Shown piece after piece: positions 1 to 9,809 of a stretch of DNA of 39,388 nt. Where the stretch lies: positions 62,001 to 101,388 of the forward strand of contig JAVECO010000080.1 of NCBI GenBank assembly GCA_051942205.1, given 5' to 3'. A model generated the notes under the pieces. The model had not been told where the DNA came from, did no database searches, and saw only the letters and a program-made list of their open reading frames with translations. Made by a program: the position numbers and the translations under genes. Source of the stretch: Coniocarpon cinnabarinum (lineage: Eukaryota). Position 1 is the first letter of the stretch; every line of letters starts with the position of its first letter.

Positions 1-984
1 TGTACAGCGGGAAGTCAGTGTAATCCGCATTCGTCAGCTCCTTGAGCCAATGCTCCTTCGCCGTCACATCTCCACTGCCCGTTCCCGTCTCACCAATCAC
101 AAACGGGATACTGTACTTCTTCGCAAAAGCATTATAGAAATCACCGAATGTGTCTGCGAACGTAGCGGCCGCCGCCTTGGGATAATCGTCCATGCCGACG
201 ATATCGACGACGTCGGCACCTGGGAACCAGGCTTGGAGATCAGAAGAGCTGGCCTCGTTCGGGGACCAGAACATCTTGACCTTGGAGTTGGACTGGACGG
301 CAGTGTGGACATTTTTCCAGGCCTCGATGAACTCTTCTGGAGATCCGCCCGCGTAGGTCCCGTCCGTGACGTAGTAGTTCATTTCGTGCGCGAAGCGGAG
401 CCACACCTCGACACCTTGGTCGGTGAAGGTCTGCATAGACTTGGCGATCTGCTGGGCCAGGTCGTCGTTGATCTGGTTGAATTTGACCTTGGTCGGCATG
501 ACTGCGGGAATGAAAACGGCACCGGAGGCGACGAGGTCGTCTTGAATTTCAGTGAGTTGGGAGTCGTCGTACGTGGTGGAAGTGATCTGGGAGTACCAGC
601 CGTATCCCGCGGATTTGCTGCCGAGAGCTTTGTTGATGTCGGACATGCGTTCCTTCGTGGCGCTGTCGGGAAGGAAGCCGAAAGGAATACCGGCTTTAGA
701 GGTAAGGAGACCTGACGGAATACCCAGAGAGCCGTCTCCTGCCGATGTGCCACTTGTTTCATTACCACCCGTTCCAGGCGTGGAACTGGCGGTTGCTGTG
801 GCCGAATGAGAGGAAGACGAGCCGGAAGCCTGCTGTGGCTGGCGACGGACTGGCTGTACTCTCGTCAGTCTCAGTGGATACGACAGAAAAGAACCTTCAG
901 CAGTACTTCATGAGGTGCGAATGGCGAGCCAAGAGTAGTCGAGGCGAGCGCACTTAGTACAGTGAACGAGTCGAGGAAGCGCAT
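1..984 (-). CDS. Secreted glycoside hydrolase family 26 (beta-mannanase/glucanase-type), 3' end runs off the window
   Basis: Not in the ORF track because there is no stop in the window. Exon 1 984-907 encodes the signal peptide MRFLDSFTVLSALASTTLGSPFAPHE. Intron 906-854 (GTACTG...CTGAC...TACAG); an alternative in-frame donor lies 12 nt further on. Exon 2 853-<1 is open throughout: an S/T/G linker, then VWLRFAHEMN (acid/base Glu), MFWSPN, WFPGADVVDIVGMDDYP and PFVIGETG (nucleophile Glu), all GH26 motifs. Confidence 0.88.
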
Positions 985-2113
985 GTTGACTGGTGAAGGA
1001 AAATGGTTCTGTTGGAGCTGAATTGCCTTCGGCAGTGCAGCCGCAACGCTAGGGCAACGTGGCAAAGGAGCGTGTGTGCCTCTCTGAGTGTTAACGAACG
1101 TTTGGTGAGCGATGACGACCTATATGAAACTCAGAAACTTTCGTGATCTATTTATCTTCTTCGACTGTTTACTGATAAGCTTAAGAGAAACGCGGTATGA
1201 TACATTGGAAATGAGAAAATCTCGTCAAAGCGACAAAACCGTTACTTGTAAGCGCACGCGGACTATGCAAACCATGAGAAAGCGGATGTGCGGCGCGTTC
1301 AGGTACCAGGTCCGGCATAGATCTACTCTTAGATAAGTTACAGGACAACGGATTGGGCCCTGTCCCGCGCCATGTCGATCTACTCTTGATGGATGACACC
1401 AAGCATATTTGGCAGTGCTCCGCGCCGTGGAGCGCCTGTCGAGCCGTGGAGATGTAGATGAGAAACTCAATACAATCACAACGGTTTCAGGTGGTCGGTT
1501 TTGAGCAGACTAGTAGGAATGAGCGGCTGAGTGAAGGATTGGTCCGAGCTTTGTACGTTGCAGCCTTGCAGTGAGCCGGCTGCCTGCATTGTGCATCAGT
1601 GCCATCATGTGGAGAAAGGAAAGGCGCCGCTCATTTGCGTTCAGAGCTTCTCGATGCGATTATCTCGTGCACTGCAGCTTTCATCGCGCTGAGTCATCTC
1701 AAATCTGACTCGGGACGTTGTCAAGATCAACTGCATTGGCCTCCATCAGAGCTATCTCGGCGGCATCTCAGCGGAAAGAAGACACTGATCAGCAGACTGC
1801 TTGCAGTCATGCATACTGGGATGTGCAATTGTGATCAGAAGCCTTAGAAAGCAGTTTTAATGCGAGAGGACTAGAAGAAAACAATATCGAAAGGTCCTCG
1901 CGGGTGGTAAAAACCATGTTGTGAAGCACGTGATATAGAGCGACCTCACGTAATGTGACATGCACTTGGCCCCATTCGTGCGCAAAACGTATAACACGAC
2001 TGGTCGTAGTCTATGATTTTGTCATGAATCATGTACTTGGATGGTTCTGTTGCGCTGGACGTTAGAAAAAGGTGTTCGTGAGGCGGAGGTGCTGATACAG
2101 CTGTGCAAATTTC

Positions 2114-5083
2114 ATGAACGTTGCCCGCAGTTGTCGTCACTTGCGTTGTACAGATACTTGTTCCAGCGCGCTGCGGGCTGCCTTCTACTCATCAAGGACC
2201 GAAGCCAGAAGAGCAGAAGTCCTCTCGTACCCTCCTAAGGAAGATGATTCAAAGATCGCCAAATTCAAGGAGCGCATTGCTGGTCTCAGCAGGGATAGCA
2301 ACACCTACAAACAGAAGTATGAGACGGCCGCTGAAAGATCCTCGCGGCAGGACCAGGAGCTCAAGAAAGTGTACGAGCAGCTCCGAGTAGCAGAACGTGA
2401 GCGAGACAAGGCACAACGAGACCGCGATGATGTTCATCAGAGGCTTGAGAGCCTTGATGAATATGAACAGAGCGAAGACGCGCACGAGTCCGCCGAAAAA
2501 GAGGAATCTCAAGTGCGAAAATGGAAGCGCAAGATTGTTGAACTTAGCGCAATAAGCAACACAAATCGGCAAAGATACGATAGCACCTCCGCGAAGCTTG
2601 CAGCGCAGCAGACGGTAATTCATGTCTCGCGGAAAATTGCTGATATAGCAAAAGAAGCTCTCGAAAACGCTGCTCTAGAGCTTGGAGATCTCGAAGCCAG
2701 CTGGCGACAGAACGTTGTACTTCAGCAGCAGCTCGAGAACTCTGTTGGACTCCATTGGAATGTTCCTGATGCCGAAGAAGATCGCCCAGTCGATGTCGGC
2801 GACAGCGCTGGCGACCACACGCCTGTATTAATACCAAGTCTTGATACAGACGTTAATGAAACCAGTCAACAGCCTTTAGAAGCTCGTGATATCCCGCAAC
2901 ATCTCGGCATTATGGACCTCGATGACTCTCATATGACATCCTCAAGTGGTAATCCTGCAGATGATGCTTTAACTGCATGGGCTCACCTTTCGATCCAAAG
3001 GGTTGCGAAACGACACGGTCAGGCCTCACAAGTCCGGTCGAAGGCGCTCGATAAGCTTATTGCAAGAGCGCAAAATCTTGACTTTCGAATTTGCAAAGTT
3101 CTGCAGTCTTCAGAAGACATGCTTAAGAGACATCAAAGCATGCGTTCAGAGGACAAGCGCGCTTCGCAACAGGTAGAGGACGCAATGTTGCTTCATTCGA
3201 GCCTTCACCGCGATGTCGAAGCACTTTCAGACGATGTCAGTCCTGGCGTTGTCCCAAGTCACGGATTCTCTCGACACAGTACCCAAATGCAGTCACTTTC
3301 CGCAAGTATACAAGAAAATCAACATCATTTGACAAGTATCAAAGAGTGGTTGGATAGCGTTAGCGTCGCAACGCATGCAAAACCAGAGCATCATGACGGG
3401 CGCCGTGAGAAACTCCAGAAGCTTGACGAGCTTTTGTCGGCCGTTGTGAATGCACAGAAAGCGTATGAGACGACGCAATACGAATTCGATGGATGGGTAA
3501 CAATGCGAGATTGCGAGGCTGGCTTGATAACTGAGCGAGACGCTGCCTTACAACAGGTCGACATGCTCAATGAGAGAATCAATGAAATACAACATACACA
3601 AGCACCTGCTGATGAAGTGTCAGAGCGCACCAGGGAGCTTGAGGAGCTATATCGTAAAGTTGAAGCAATGCGGGAGGAACGAGACGATGCAGTCGATCAA
3701 ATCAGCGAGCTACAGGCGTCTCAAAAAGAAGCAGAAGCGGTCGAAGAAGAACGCAATGAACTAGCCAACAAGCTCGACGCACTCGAGCAGAAGCTGTCTG
3801 ATGTCCAAGCAGGCTGGAGAGTGCGACTGAACAAGGAGCGTGATGAAGCGGTGCAAAAGATCGAAAGTGTCGAAAGACGCAACGAAGAATCAGAACAGAG
3901 CTTGAAGCAGCAGCTTCAGGTTGCGCGCCAGGAAGTCGAAGAACAAGCGTCCAAGTGTCAAGCATCAGAAGAAGCTCTTGAGAAGGCTGTCAATGAGCGC
4001 AACGAGCTCCAAACGAAGCTCGACAGCCTAGAGAAACAGTCGAAAGAAACGCAGAGCACTCTATCAAGTAGACTAGGAATGGTGCGCAAGGACTTGCATC
4101 AACAGGAAAGCGAAATCCGTCAGCTACGCGCGCTTAGCGATGATCGCGAGAAAGAATTGCGGAGTGCTCGTAGTAAAATGACTGGCCTTGATCAGAGTCA
4201 CAAAGCCCAGCTAAGTAAAATTCGTCGAGATGCAGAAGCAGAAGCTACCAGACTACGAAAGAGGAGTGACGGGTTCTCCGAATTAGTATCAAAACACGAA
4301 GACGAGATTTCAAAATTGAGAGCGGACGCCCGAAAGTTTCGAGGTCTATGCCTGAACCAGGATATAAACGTGATCAAGCGCATGCTACCAAGCTTGCCTG
4401 ATCCCTCGTTCGACACCGAGAAGCCATTCCTCCTTGACGCTGCTACGCGTCTGGCGAATTGGCTAGCCGAGATGGACGGCGACAAGACTGCCATCATGCG
4501 CACCCAGTCGGTGGCAAAGCATGATGACATTGTTCGTGACTCGAATATTCTTGGGATATACACTGACGGAGCTTTGTTCCCCTCGAACGGAAACAAGATG
4601 GGTTCGTCAGCCATCATCCCATCACTTGGCTACGCTCGCATCCAGGCCGGTGCTCAAGATGCAAGGTTTCCAGTCAAGAGTGGAATGACGGAGCTCGACG
4701 GCTTGATGCTCGCACTCGAAGGTGCTGCAGACATGTGCAAAGACGCGCAGCAGATCGTCGTCTTCAGTGATTATGACGCATTTGCAACGCACGACGCGCG
4801 CATGACCTGGCTGACGGATCTCTATCGTGACGGGACCCTTCGCCGTGCTGTCGATGCCCTGCATCGACTCGAGAAGAAGAAAGCCCAGATACGTATCTGT
4901 TGGCTTGCCCGTAACAGTGTCGAGGGCGCTCGTCTGGCGCACCAAGCAGCACGCATGGGCGCCATGCTCAATCGAGGCGACGGCGTGCCCATGGTACTCT
5001 CGGACGCCAAATGGTTCGCGAACATGTCGCTACAGTCTTTGGCAGAAGCCAGAGACATCAACTACCTATCTGACATTGGCTGA
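2114..5083 (+). CDS. Long coiled-coil protein with C-terminal RNase H-like domain
   Basis: Uninterrupted 989-codon ORF with E/K/R/Q-rich heptad segments over most of its length. The C-terminal ~150 aa has RNase H motifs in order: IYTDG, MTELDGLMLAL, IVVFSD, IRICWLARNSVEGARLAHQAAR. The true 5' end may include a small upstream exon (acceptor-like GCTGATACAG ending at 2100). Confidence 0.85.
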   Translation: MNVARSCRHLRCTDTCSSALRAAFYSSRTEARRAEVLSYPPKEDDSKIAKFKERIAGLSRDSNTYKQKYETAAERSSRQDQELKKVYEQLRVAERERDKAQRDRDDVHQRLESLDEYEQSEDAHESAEKEESQVRKWKRKIVELSAISNTNRQRYDSTSAKLAAQQTVIHVSRKIADIAKEALENAALELGDLEASWRQNVVLQQQLENSVGLHWNVPDAEEDRPVDVGDSAGDHTPVLIPSLDTDVNETSQQPLEARDIPQHLGIMDLDDSHMTSSSGNPADDALTAWAHLSIQRVAKRHGQASQVRSKALDKLIARAQNLDFRICKVLQSSEDMLKRHQSMRSEDKRASQQVEDAMLLHSSLHRDVEALSDDVSPGVVPSHGFSRHSTQMQSLSASIQENQHHLTSIKEWLDSVSVATHAKPEHHDGRREKLQKLDELLSAVVNAQKAYETTQYEFDGWVTMRDCEAGLITERDAALQQVDMLNERINEIQHTQAPADEVSERTRELEELYRKVEAMREERDDAVDQISELQASQKEAEAVEEERNELANKLDALEQKLSDVQAGWRVRLNKERDEAVQKIESVERRNEESEQSLKQQLQVARQEVEEQASKCQASEEALEKAVNERNELQTKLDSLEKQSKETQSTLSSRLGMVRKDLHQQESEIRQLRALSDDREKELRSARSKMTGLDQSHKAQLSKIRRDAEAEATRLRKRSDGFSELVSKHEDEISKLRADARKFRGLCLNQDINVIKRMLPSLPDPSFDTEKPFLLDAATRLANWLAEMDGDKTAIMRTQSVAKHDDIVRDSNILGIYTDGALFPSNGNKMGSSAIIPSLGYARIQAGAQDARFPVKSGMTELDGLMLALEGAADMCKDAQQIVVFSDYDAFATHDARMTWLTDLYRDGTLRRAVDALHRLEKKKAQIRICWLARNSVEGARLAHQAARMGAMLNRGDGVPMVLSDAKWFANMSLQSLAEARDINYLSDIG

Positions 5084-5093
5084 GGAATTTTAA

Positions 5094-7127
5094 TCATCTC
5101 TTGGACAGAAACTTCTGAAACGCTGACTGCTCAATCTGAACATTGCCGACGGCTCGCAATTTCTTGCGACCTTCTTTTTGCTTCTCGAGCAACTTTCTGC
5201 GTCGACTGACATCAGCAGCATGCAGCTTCGCTGTCACATCCTTGCGATACGCTCGCAGCGTTTCACGTGCCAGAACGTTTTTACCAGCGCGAGTCGCAAC
5301 TTGGATCACGATTTCGAAGAGCTGCCGATCAATTAGCTCCCTGAACTCTCGCGCCCATCGCTTTGCAATCGACTGCGATTCAGCTTGGTGCACAACTTGT
5401 GTGATTGCGTCCACAGGCTCACGATTGATGAGCAGTTGCAGTTTTTCCAATGGTGCTGCCTGAAATCTGGCGTCTTCATAGTCCAACGTGGCATATCCTT
5501 TTGTAGCGCCTTTCAGCAAGCCAAAAAAGTTCTTTGCCAGCGCAGCGAGTGGCAGTTCATATTTCAGGATAGCTTGAGCAGCGGTGAAGGAGGTTGTCTC
5601 CTTGTGACTGCCACGGCTCGACTGGCACAATGTCATGACTGAGCCCACATACTCTTGAGGCACTGTGATTGTAGCTAGCACAAATGGCTCCGCCAATTCA
5701 TCAATTTTAAGAGCGTCTCGTGGAGCATCCGGAAAGTCTCCCGGGGCTGACAGCACTTCTTCTTTCCCGTCTTTCCACTTCACTCTATATGGTACGCTCG
5801 GCGCAGTGATCATGATGTTAGCGCCGTGCTCTTGTCGCAGCCTGTCTTCAAACACTGACGCATGGAGTGTGCCTAAGAAGCCAAGTCGAAACCCAGCGCC
5901 CAGCGCTAGTGATGACTCCTTAGCCACCGTCACGCTACGGTCGTTCAGCGTCAACTCATGCACGCTATCTTCCAGCTTTGCGAAGTCTTCCGTGTGCGTC
6001 GGGTAGGCCGACATGTAGACCATGGCCTTGGGCTCTTCAAAGCCCGGTAGCTGCTGCACTCGGCTCATGCTCGCTGTATGCGCGTACGTGTCGCCGACTT
6101 TCGCTTCAGAACTCTTCTTCATGCCCGGGTTGAAATGGATGTAACCAACCTGTCCTGCTCGTAGGGTGGGCTGCGCGACCTGTGCAGGGTACATGATGCC
6201 TACTTCACCCACGATGTACGTCCGGCCTGTTACAAAACTCGTCACCTTCTCGCCAGCGCGGATCGTCCCTTGAAAGATCCGTACAAGGAGGATGACGCCC
6301 TTGTAATTATCGTACCATGAGTCCACGAGAAGCATCTGCAGCGGCGCATTCTCGTCTCCGCTCGGCGCCGGAACCCTTTCAATGATGGTTGGAAGGATGT
6401 CTTTGACACCCATGCCGGTCTTCGCCGAGACTTGCAGCGTCCCACTCGTATCGAGCTCAAAAGTATTCTCAATCTGCTCCAGTGTCCTCTTCACATCCGC
6501 GCCCGGCAGATCAACCTTATTGAGCACCGTCACCATCTCTAGCCCTTGGCTGAACGCCTGATAGAAATTCGCGACTGTCTGCGCCTGTATGCCTTGGCTG
6601 GCATCTACCAACAACAGCGCCCCGCCGCAACTTGCGTAGCTCCTGCTGACCTCCGCTCTGAAATCCACATGACCTGGCGTATCCACCAGGTGCAACAAGT
6701 AGTCTTCGTCCCGGTGAGTATACAGCATTGAGCATGTCTGAGCCTTTACGGTAATGCCCCTAGTACGTTCCACCTCGAGCTTGTCGAGTATCTGTGGATT
6801 GGAACCGGGAGTAATGGTGCCGGTCAGTTCGAGAAGGCGGTCGGAGAGCGTCGACTTGCCATGGTCGACGTGAGCTATGACGCAGAAGTTGCGAAAGTTA
6901 GAGATGGGAATGGCGGCGATGCGGCGTTCGAGGGCTTGGGCATCCTGCGGAGACTGCGGAGACGGCGCAGAGGATGCATTACGGCGGGTTGAACCGTATT
7001 GCGCATGCTCGAAAGGTTTGCGAGGAGCAAGAGAGTGACTGGAAAATCGAAGGCAGGAGTATCTAGCTGTTGGAGATCTGTGGACAGTAGAGGCGTGGTG
7101 GGCCAATGGTCGGAGCCATTGTTGCAT
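5094..7127 (-). CDS. GUF1: Mitochondrial translation factor GUF1 (LepA/EF-4 GTPase)
   Basis: [22 protein letters not shown] (G1), [17 protein letters not shown] (G3), NKVD (G4), [12 protein letters not shown]-terminal [12 protein letters not shown]. The N-terminus is R/S-rich, like a mitochondrial presequence. No introns. Confidence 0.97.
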   Translation of the reverse strand: MQQWLRPLAHHASTVHRSPTARYSCLRFSSHSLAPRKPFEHAQYGSTRRNASSAPSPQSPQDAQALERRIAAIPISNFRNFCVIAHVDHGKSTLSDRLLELTGTITPGSNPQILDKLEVERTRGITVKAQTCSMLYTHRDEDYLLHLVDTPGHVDFRAEVSRSYASCGGALLLVDASQGIQAQTVANFYQAFSQGLEMVTVLNKVDLPGADVKRTLEQIENTFELDTSGTLQVSAKTGMGVKDILPTIIERVPAPSGDENAPLQMLLVDSWYDNYKGVILLVRIFQGTIRAGEKVTSFVTGRTYIVGEVGIMYPAQVAQPTLRAGQVGYIHFNPGMKKSSEAKVGDTYAHTASMSRVQQLPGFEEPKAMVYMSAYPTHTEDFAKLEDSVHELTLNDRSVTVAKESSLALGAGFRLGFLGTLHASVFEDRLRQEHGANIMITAPSVPYRVKWKDGKEEVLSAPGDFPDAPRDALKIDELAEPFVLATITVPQEYVGSVMTLCQSSRGSHKETTSFTAAQAILKYELPLAALAKNFFGLLKGATKGYATLDYEDARFQAAPLEKLQLLINREPVDAITQVVHQAESQSIAKRWAREFRELIDRQLFEIVIQVATRAGKNVLARETLRAYRKDVTAKLHAADVSRRRKLLEKQKEGRKKLRAVGNVQIEQSAFQKFLSKR

Positions 7128-7280
7128 GAGCCGTCGAAAGACTTGTTTGCTTGAATGTCCGCTTTGCGACTATCCCTCATCAAGGAGGCCATGGAAACAA
7201 ATGTATTCACGGAGCCTTCAAGGAGCGACTACAATGAACAAATTAGTGTTTTGACAGCTTGAGTCTGGCTAACGCGATGT

Positions 7281-7302
7281 TTTAAATCCGGATTTAAATC
7301 CG
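7281..7302. promoter_or_regulatory. Overlapping palindromes in the GUF1/GET3 divergent promoter
   Basis: TTTAAATCCGGATTTAAA (7281-7298) is a perfect 18-bp palindrome. It overlaps a second 14-bp palindrome, CGGATTTAAATCCG (7289-7302, CGG-N8-CCG). A regulatory role is inferred. Confidence 0.45.
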
Positions 7303-7526
7303 ATGGGGCAGATTAGGCATTTGTGTCGATCAGCTACAAGTCTGAGCACCAATATTGTACGCGGAAGGTGAGAGCAAGTGATTGAAGCAGTTCGAACCTG
7401 GGCGAAGTGCTCGTCCTTTAAAGTGACCTTTTTCTTCAGTAAAACTGGCCAAAAGTTGCCTTCATCAAAATCACATCTTCTGCCAACAACTTTAGCATAG
7501 AACCGAATTGTTATACTCCAAGGAAA

Positions 7527-8637
7527 ATGGCCGACGATGACGTCCCAGAGATGGAGCCATCCTTGCAACCGTTGTTGGATCAGAAGTCGCTAAGATGGGT
7601 ATTCGTGGGTGGCAAGGGTGGTGTTGGCAAAACCACCACATCCTGCTCCTTAGCGATACAGCTTGCGAAAGCGCGAAAATCTGTTCTCTTAATATCGACA
7701 GATCCAGCACACAATCTGAGCGACGCTTTCAATCAGAAGTTTGGAAAGGATGCACGTCTAGTGGAAGGGTTTGATAATCTGAGTGCAATGGAGATTGATC
7801 CTAACGGCAGTATACAAGATCTTATAGCTGGGAGTGAGGACGGTGGAGAGAACGTAATGGGCTCGCTCGGTGGCATGGGAAGCATGATGCAGGATCTGGC
7901 ATTCAGTGTAAGGTCCATGCAAGGCCTACAGTTTGTGACATGCTGACTAGGAGCTAGATACCAGGTGTTGATGAAGCCATGTCTTTCGCCGAGGTGCTCA
8001 AGCACGTCAAGACGCTTGATTTCGAGGTCATTATCTTTGATACAGCGCCAACAGGTCATACGCTACGGTTTTTGCAATTTCCGACTGTGCTCGAAAAAGC
8101 GCTGGGCAAGCTTTCACAGTTATCATCGCAATTTGGTCCAATGCTGAACAGCATGCTTGGCGCGAGAGGCGGTTTGCCTAACGGGCAGTCGCTCGATGAC
8201 TTACTCGCGAAGATGGAGAATCTCCGTGAGACGATCAGTGAGGTCAACGCACAGTTCAAGAACGCAGATCTTACGACGTTTGTCTGTGTCTGCATTGCGG
8301 AGTTCTTGAGTCTGTATGAGACCGAGCGAATGATCCAGGAACTGTCAAGCTATGAGATTGATACGCACTGTATCGTCGTGAACCAGCTGCTCTTTCCAAA
8401 GCAAGGAAGCCACTGTGACTACTGTGATGCACGGCGAAAAATGCAGAAGAAGTACCTCGATCAGATCGAGGAGCTGTACGATGAGTTTAATGTGGTGAGG
8501 ATGCCGATGCTGACCGATGAAGTGCGAGGGAAGGAGAAGTTAGAGAAGTGAGTGCTTCTTTTCCAGACTCCATGGTTACAATACTGATAGTCAACAGCTT
8601 CAGCCAAATGCTTGTACATCCCTACCAGCCCCAATAG
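7527..8637 (+). CDS. GET3: ATPase GET3/ASNA1 (tail-anchored protein targeting)
   Basis: Exons 7527-7907, 7958-8547 and 8598-8637, with GTAAGG..TAG and GTGAGT..CAG introns. Motifs [48 protein letters not shown] and CxxC. Ends [13 protein letters not shown]. Confidence 0.97.
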
Positions 8638-9030
8638 CCATGACATTAGACCTGCGTGGGATCGAATAGACGATGAATGTGTATCTATGAGTACCGAATG
8701 AAAGCTTTTGATCAAGTGCATTGTTTTAACTGCGGGCAAGATATTAAGGTGACCATCCATAGCTGCATGGTATAGTCCGCTTTTAGCATAAAAGAGTGAT
8801 TGCTAGTCGTATGTGAGACCACGTCCTCCTTCAACAAACTCACTGAAATGGACGCCAGATAGCTGTCTGTTCTGTTATGACGCGTTAGTTTTTCGCGTGA
8901 CAGGCGCGAGGTCACGTGTATAAATGTCTCGGATTTCCCAATAATCGTCACTACCTACGTATGTACTACCTGCGACGTGCGCAAGACATTAGTCCAAAGG
9001 CCAGACCGACAAGGTCTTCATTCTTCGGTC

Positions 9031-9369
9031 ATGGCATCGACCGAATTATTTGACCCACCCACGCCTTCCTCGATCGACGAAGACCTCCCCTCTCCCTCCA
9101 CCAGCAGCTCTTCCTCTACAGTCTCCAATCCCGACAACATCGAATCAGACGCCGACCGCGAGTGGCGCGAATCTTTGCAGCAGCTTGAATTGCTTTTGAC
9201 TATGGTGCTGGTACCGTACGTTGGAAAATACTTTGGGCGAAAATTTGCGTACTGGGCTTGGGGCAAGTGGATGACCTGGATGTATCCTGTGCAAATTGAG
9301 GTTACGGACCCAGCACTGTTTAAGAGTACCGGTGCGGTCGGAGCGGCGCTCGCGGCGCCAGCGCTTTGA
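9031..9369 (+). CDS. MIM2: Mitochondrial import protein Mim2
   Basis: Acidic Ser-rich N-terminus, then ESDADREWRESLQQLELLLTMVLVPYVGKYFGRKFAYW, which matches the Mim2 family pattern with a single TM segment. First ATG at 9031. Confidence 0.8.
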   Translation: MASTELFDPPTPSSIDEDLPSPSTSSSSSTVSNPDNIESDADREWRESLQQLELLLTMVLVPYVGKYFGRKFAYWAWGKWMTWMYPVQIEVTDPALFKSTGAVGAALAAPAL

Positions 9370-9809
9370 ACGATATGAGCTCGATGTGCTTGCAATATGA
9401 AATTTGCCACAGACATTCAGCAACTAGAGCTTGCACCAGTGCATGGCAAGATCGCTCGGCAATGACAACCCGGGAGAAATGCAGAACCAACGCATGGGAG
9501 AGTAAAAACCTTGGCTCATGATTGTGAACATCGAAGGAGCTTGTAGCTCGGCACGTACGTTGCAAGACTAGCCCCGGTGAACAATTACAGGGGTGAACAA
9601 GGACGACATTAAACAAGATATAAAGCCAGGAAGATTATGGACGCCGACATTGTCGGTCAGGCAAATCATCGCATCCAGCACGGGTAGCAACAATGAAAAG
9701 TGATGGGACGATGTACTGGGGAGCCATTCAGCGTCGTGTTATAAGATGTGCACGGAGGAAGCTCGAGAGTCTTTCATCTGCGATTGGTTCGAAGCTAATG
9801 GGACTCCGC

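Noticed and set aside
50..715. 221-aa plus-strand ORF
   Set aside because: Antisense shadow of the GH26 gene, whose minus-strand frame carries the family motifs.
4547..4980. RNase H domain as evidence of an intact retrotransposon
   Set aside because: No RT (YxDD), protease, integrase, LTRs or target-site duplication visible, and the flanks are ordinary genes.
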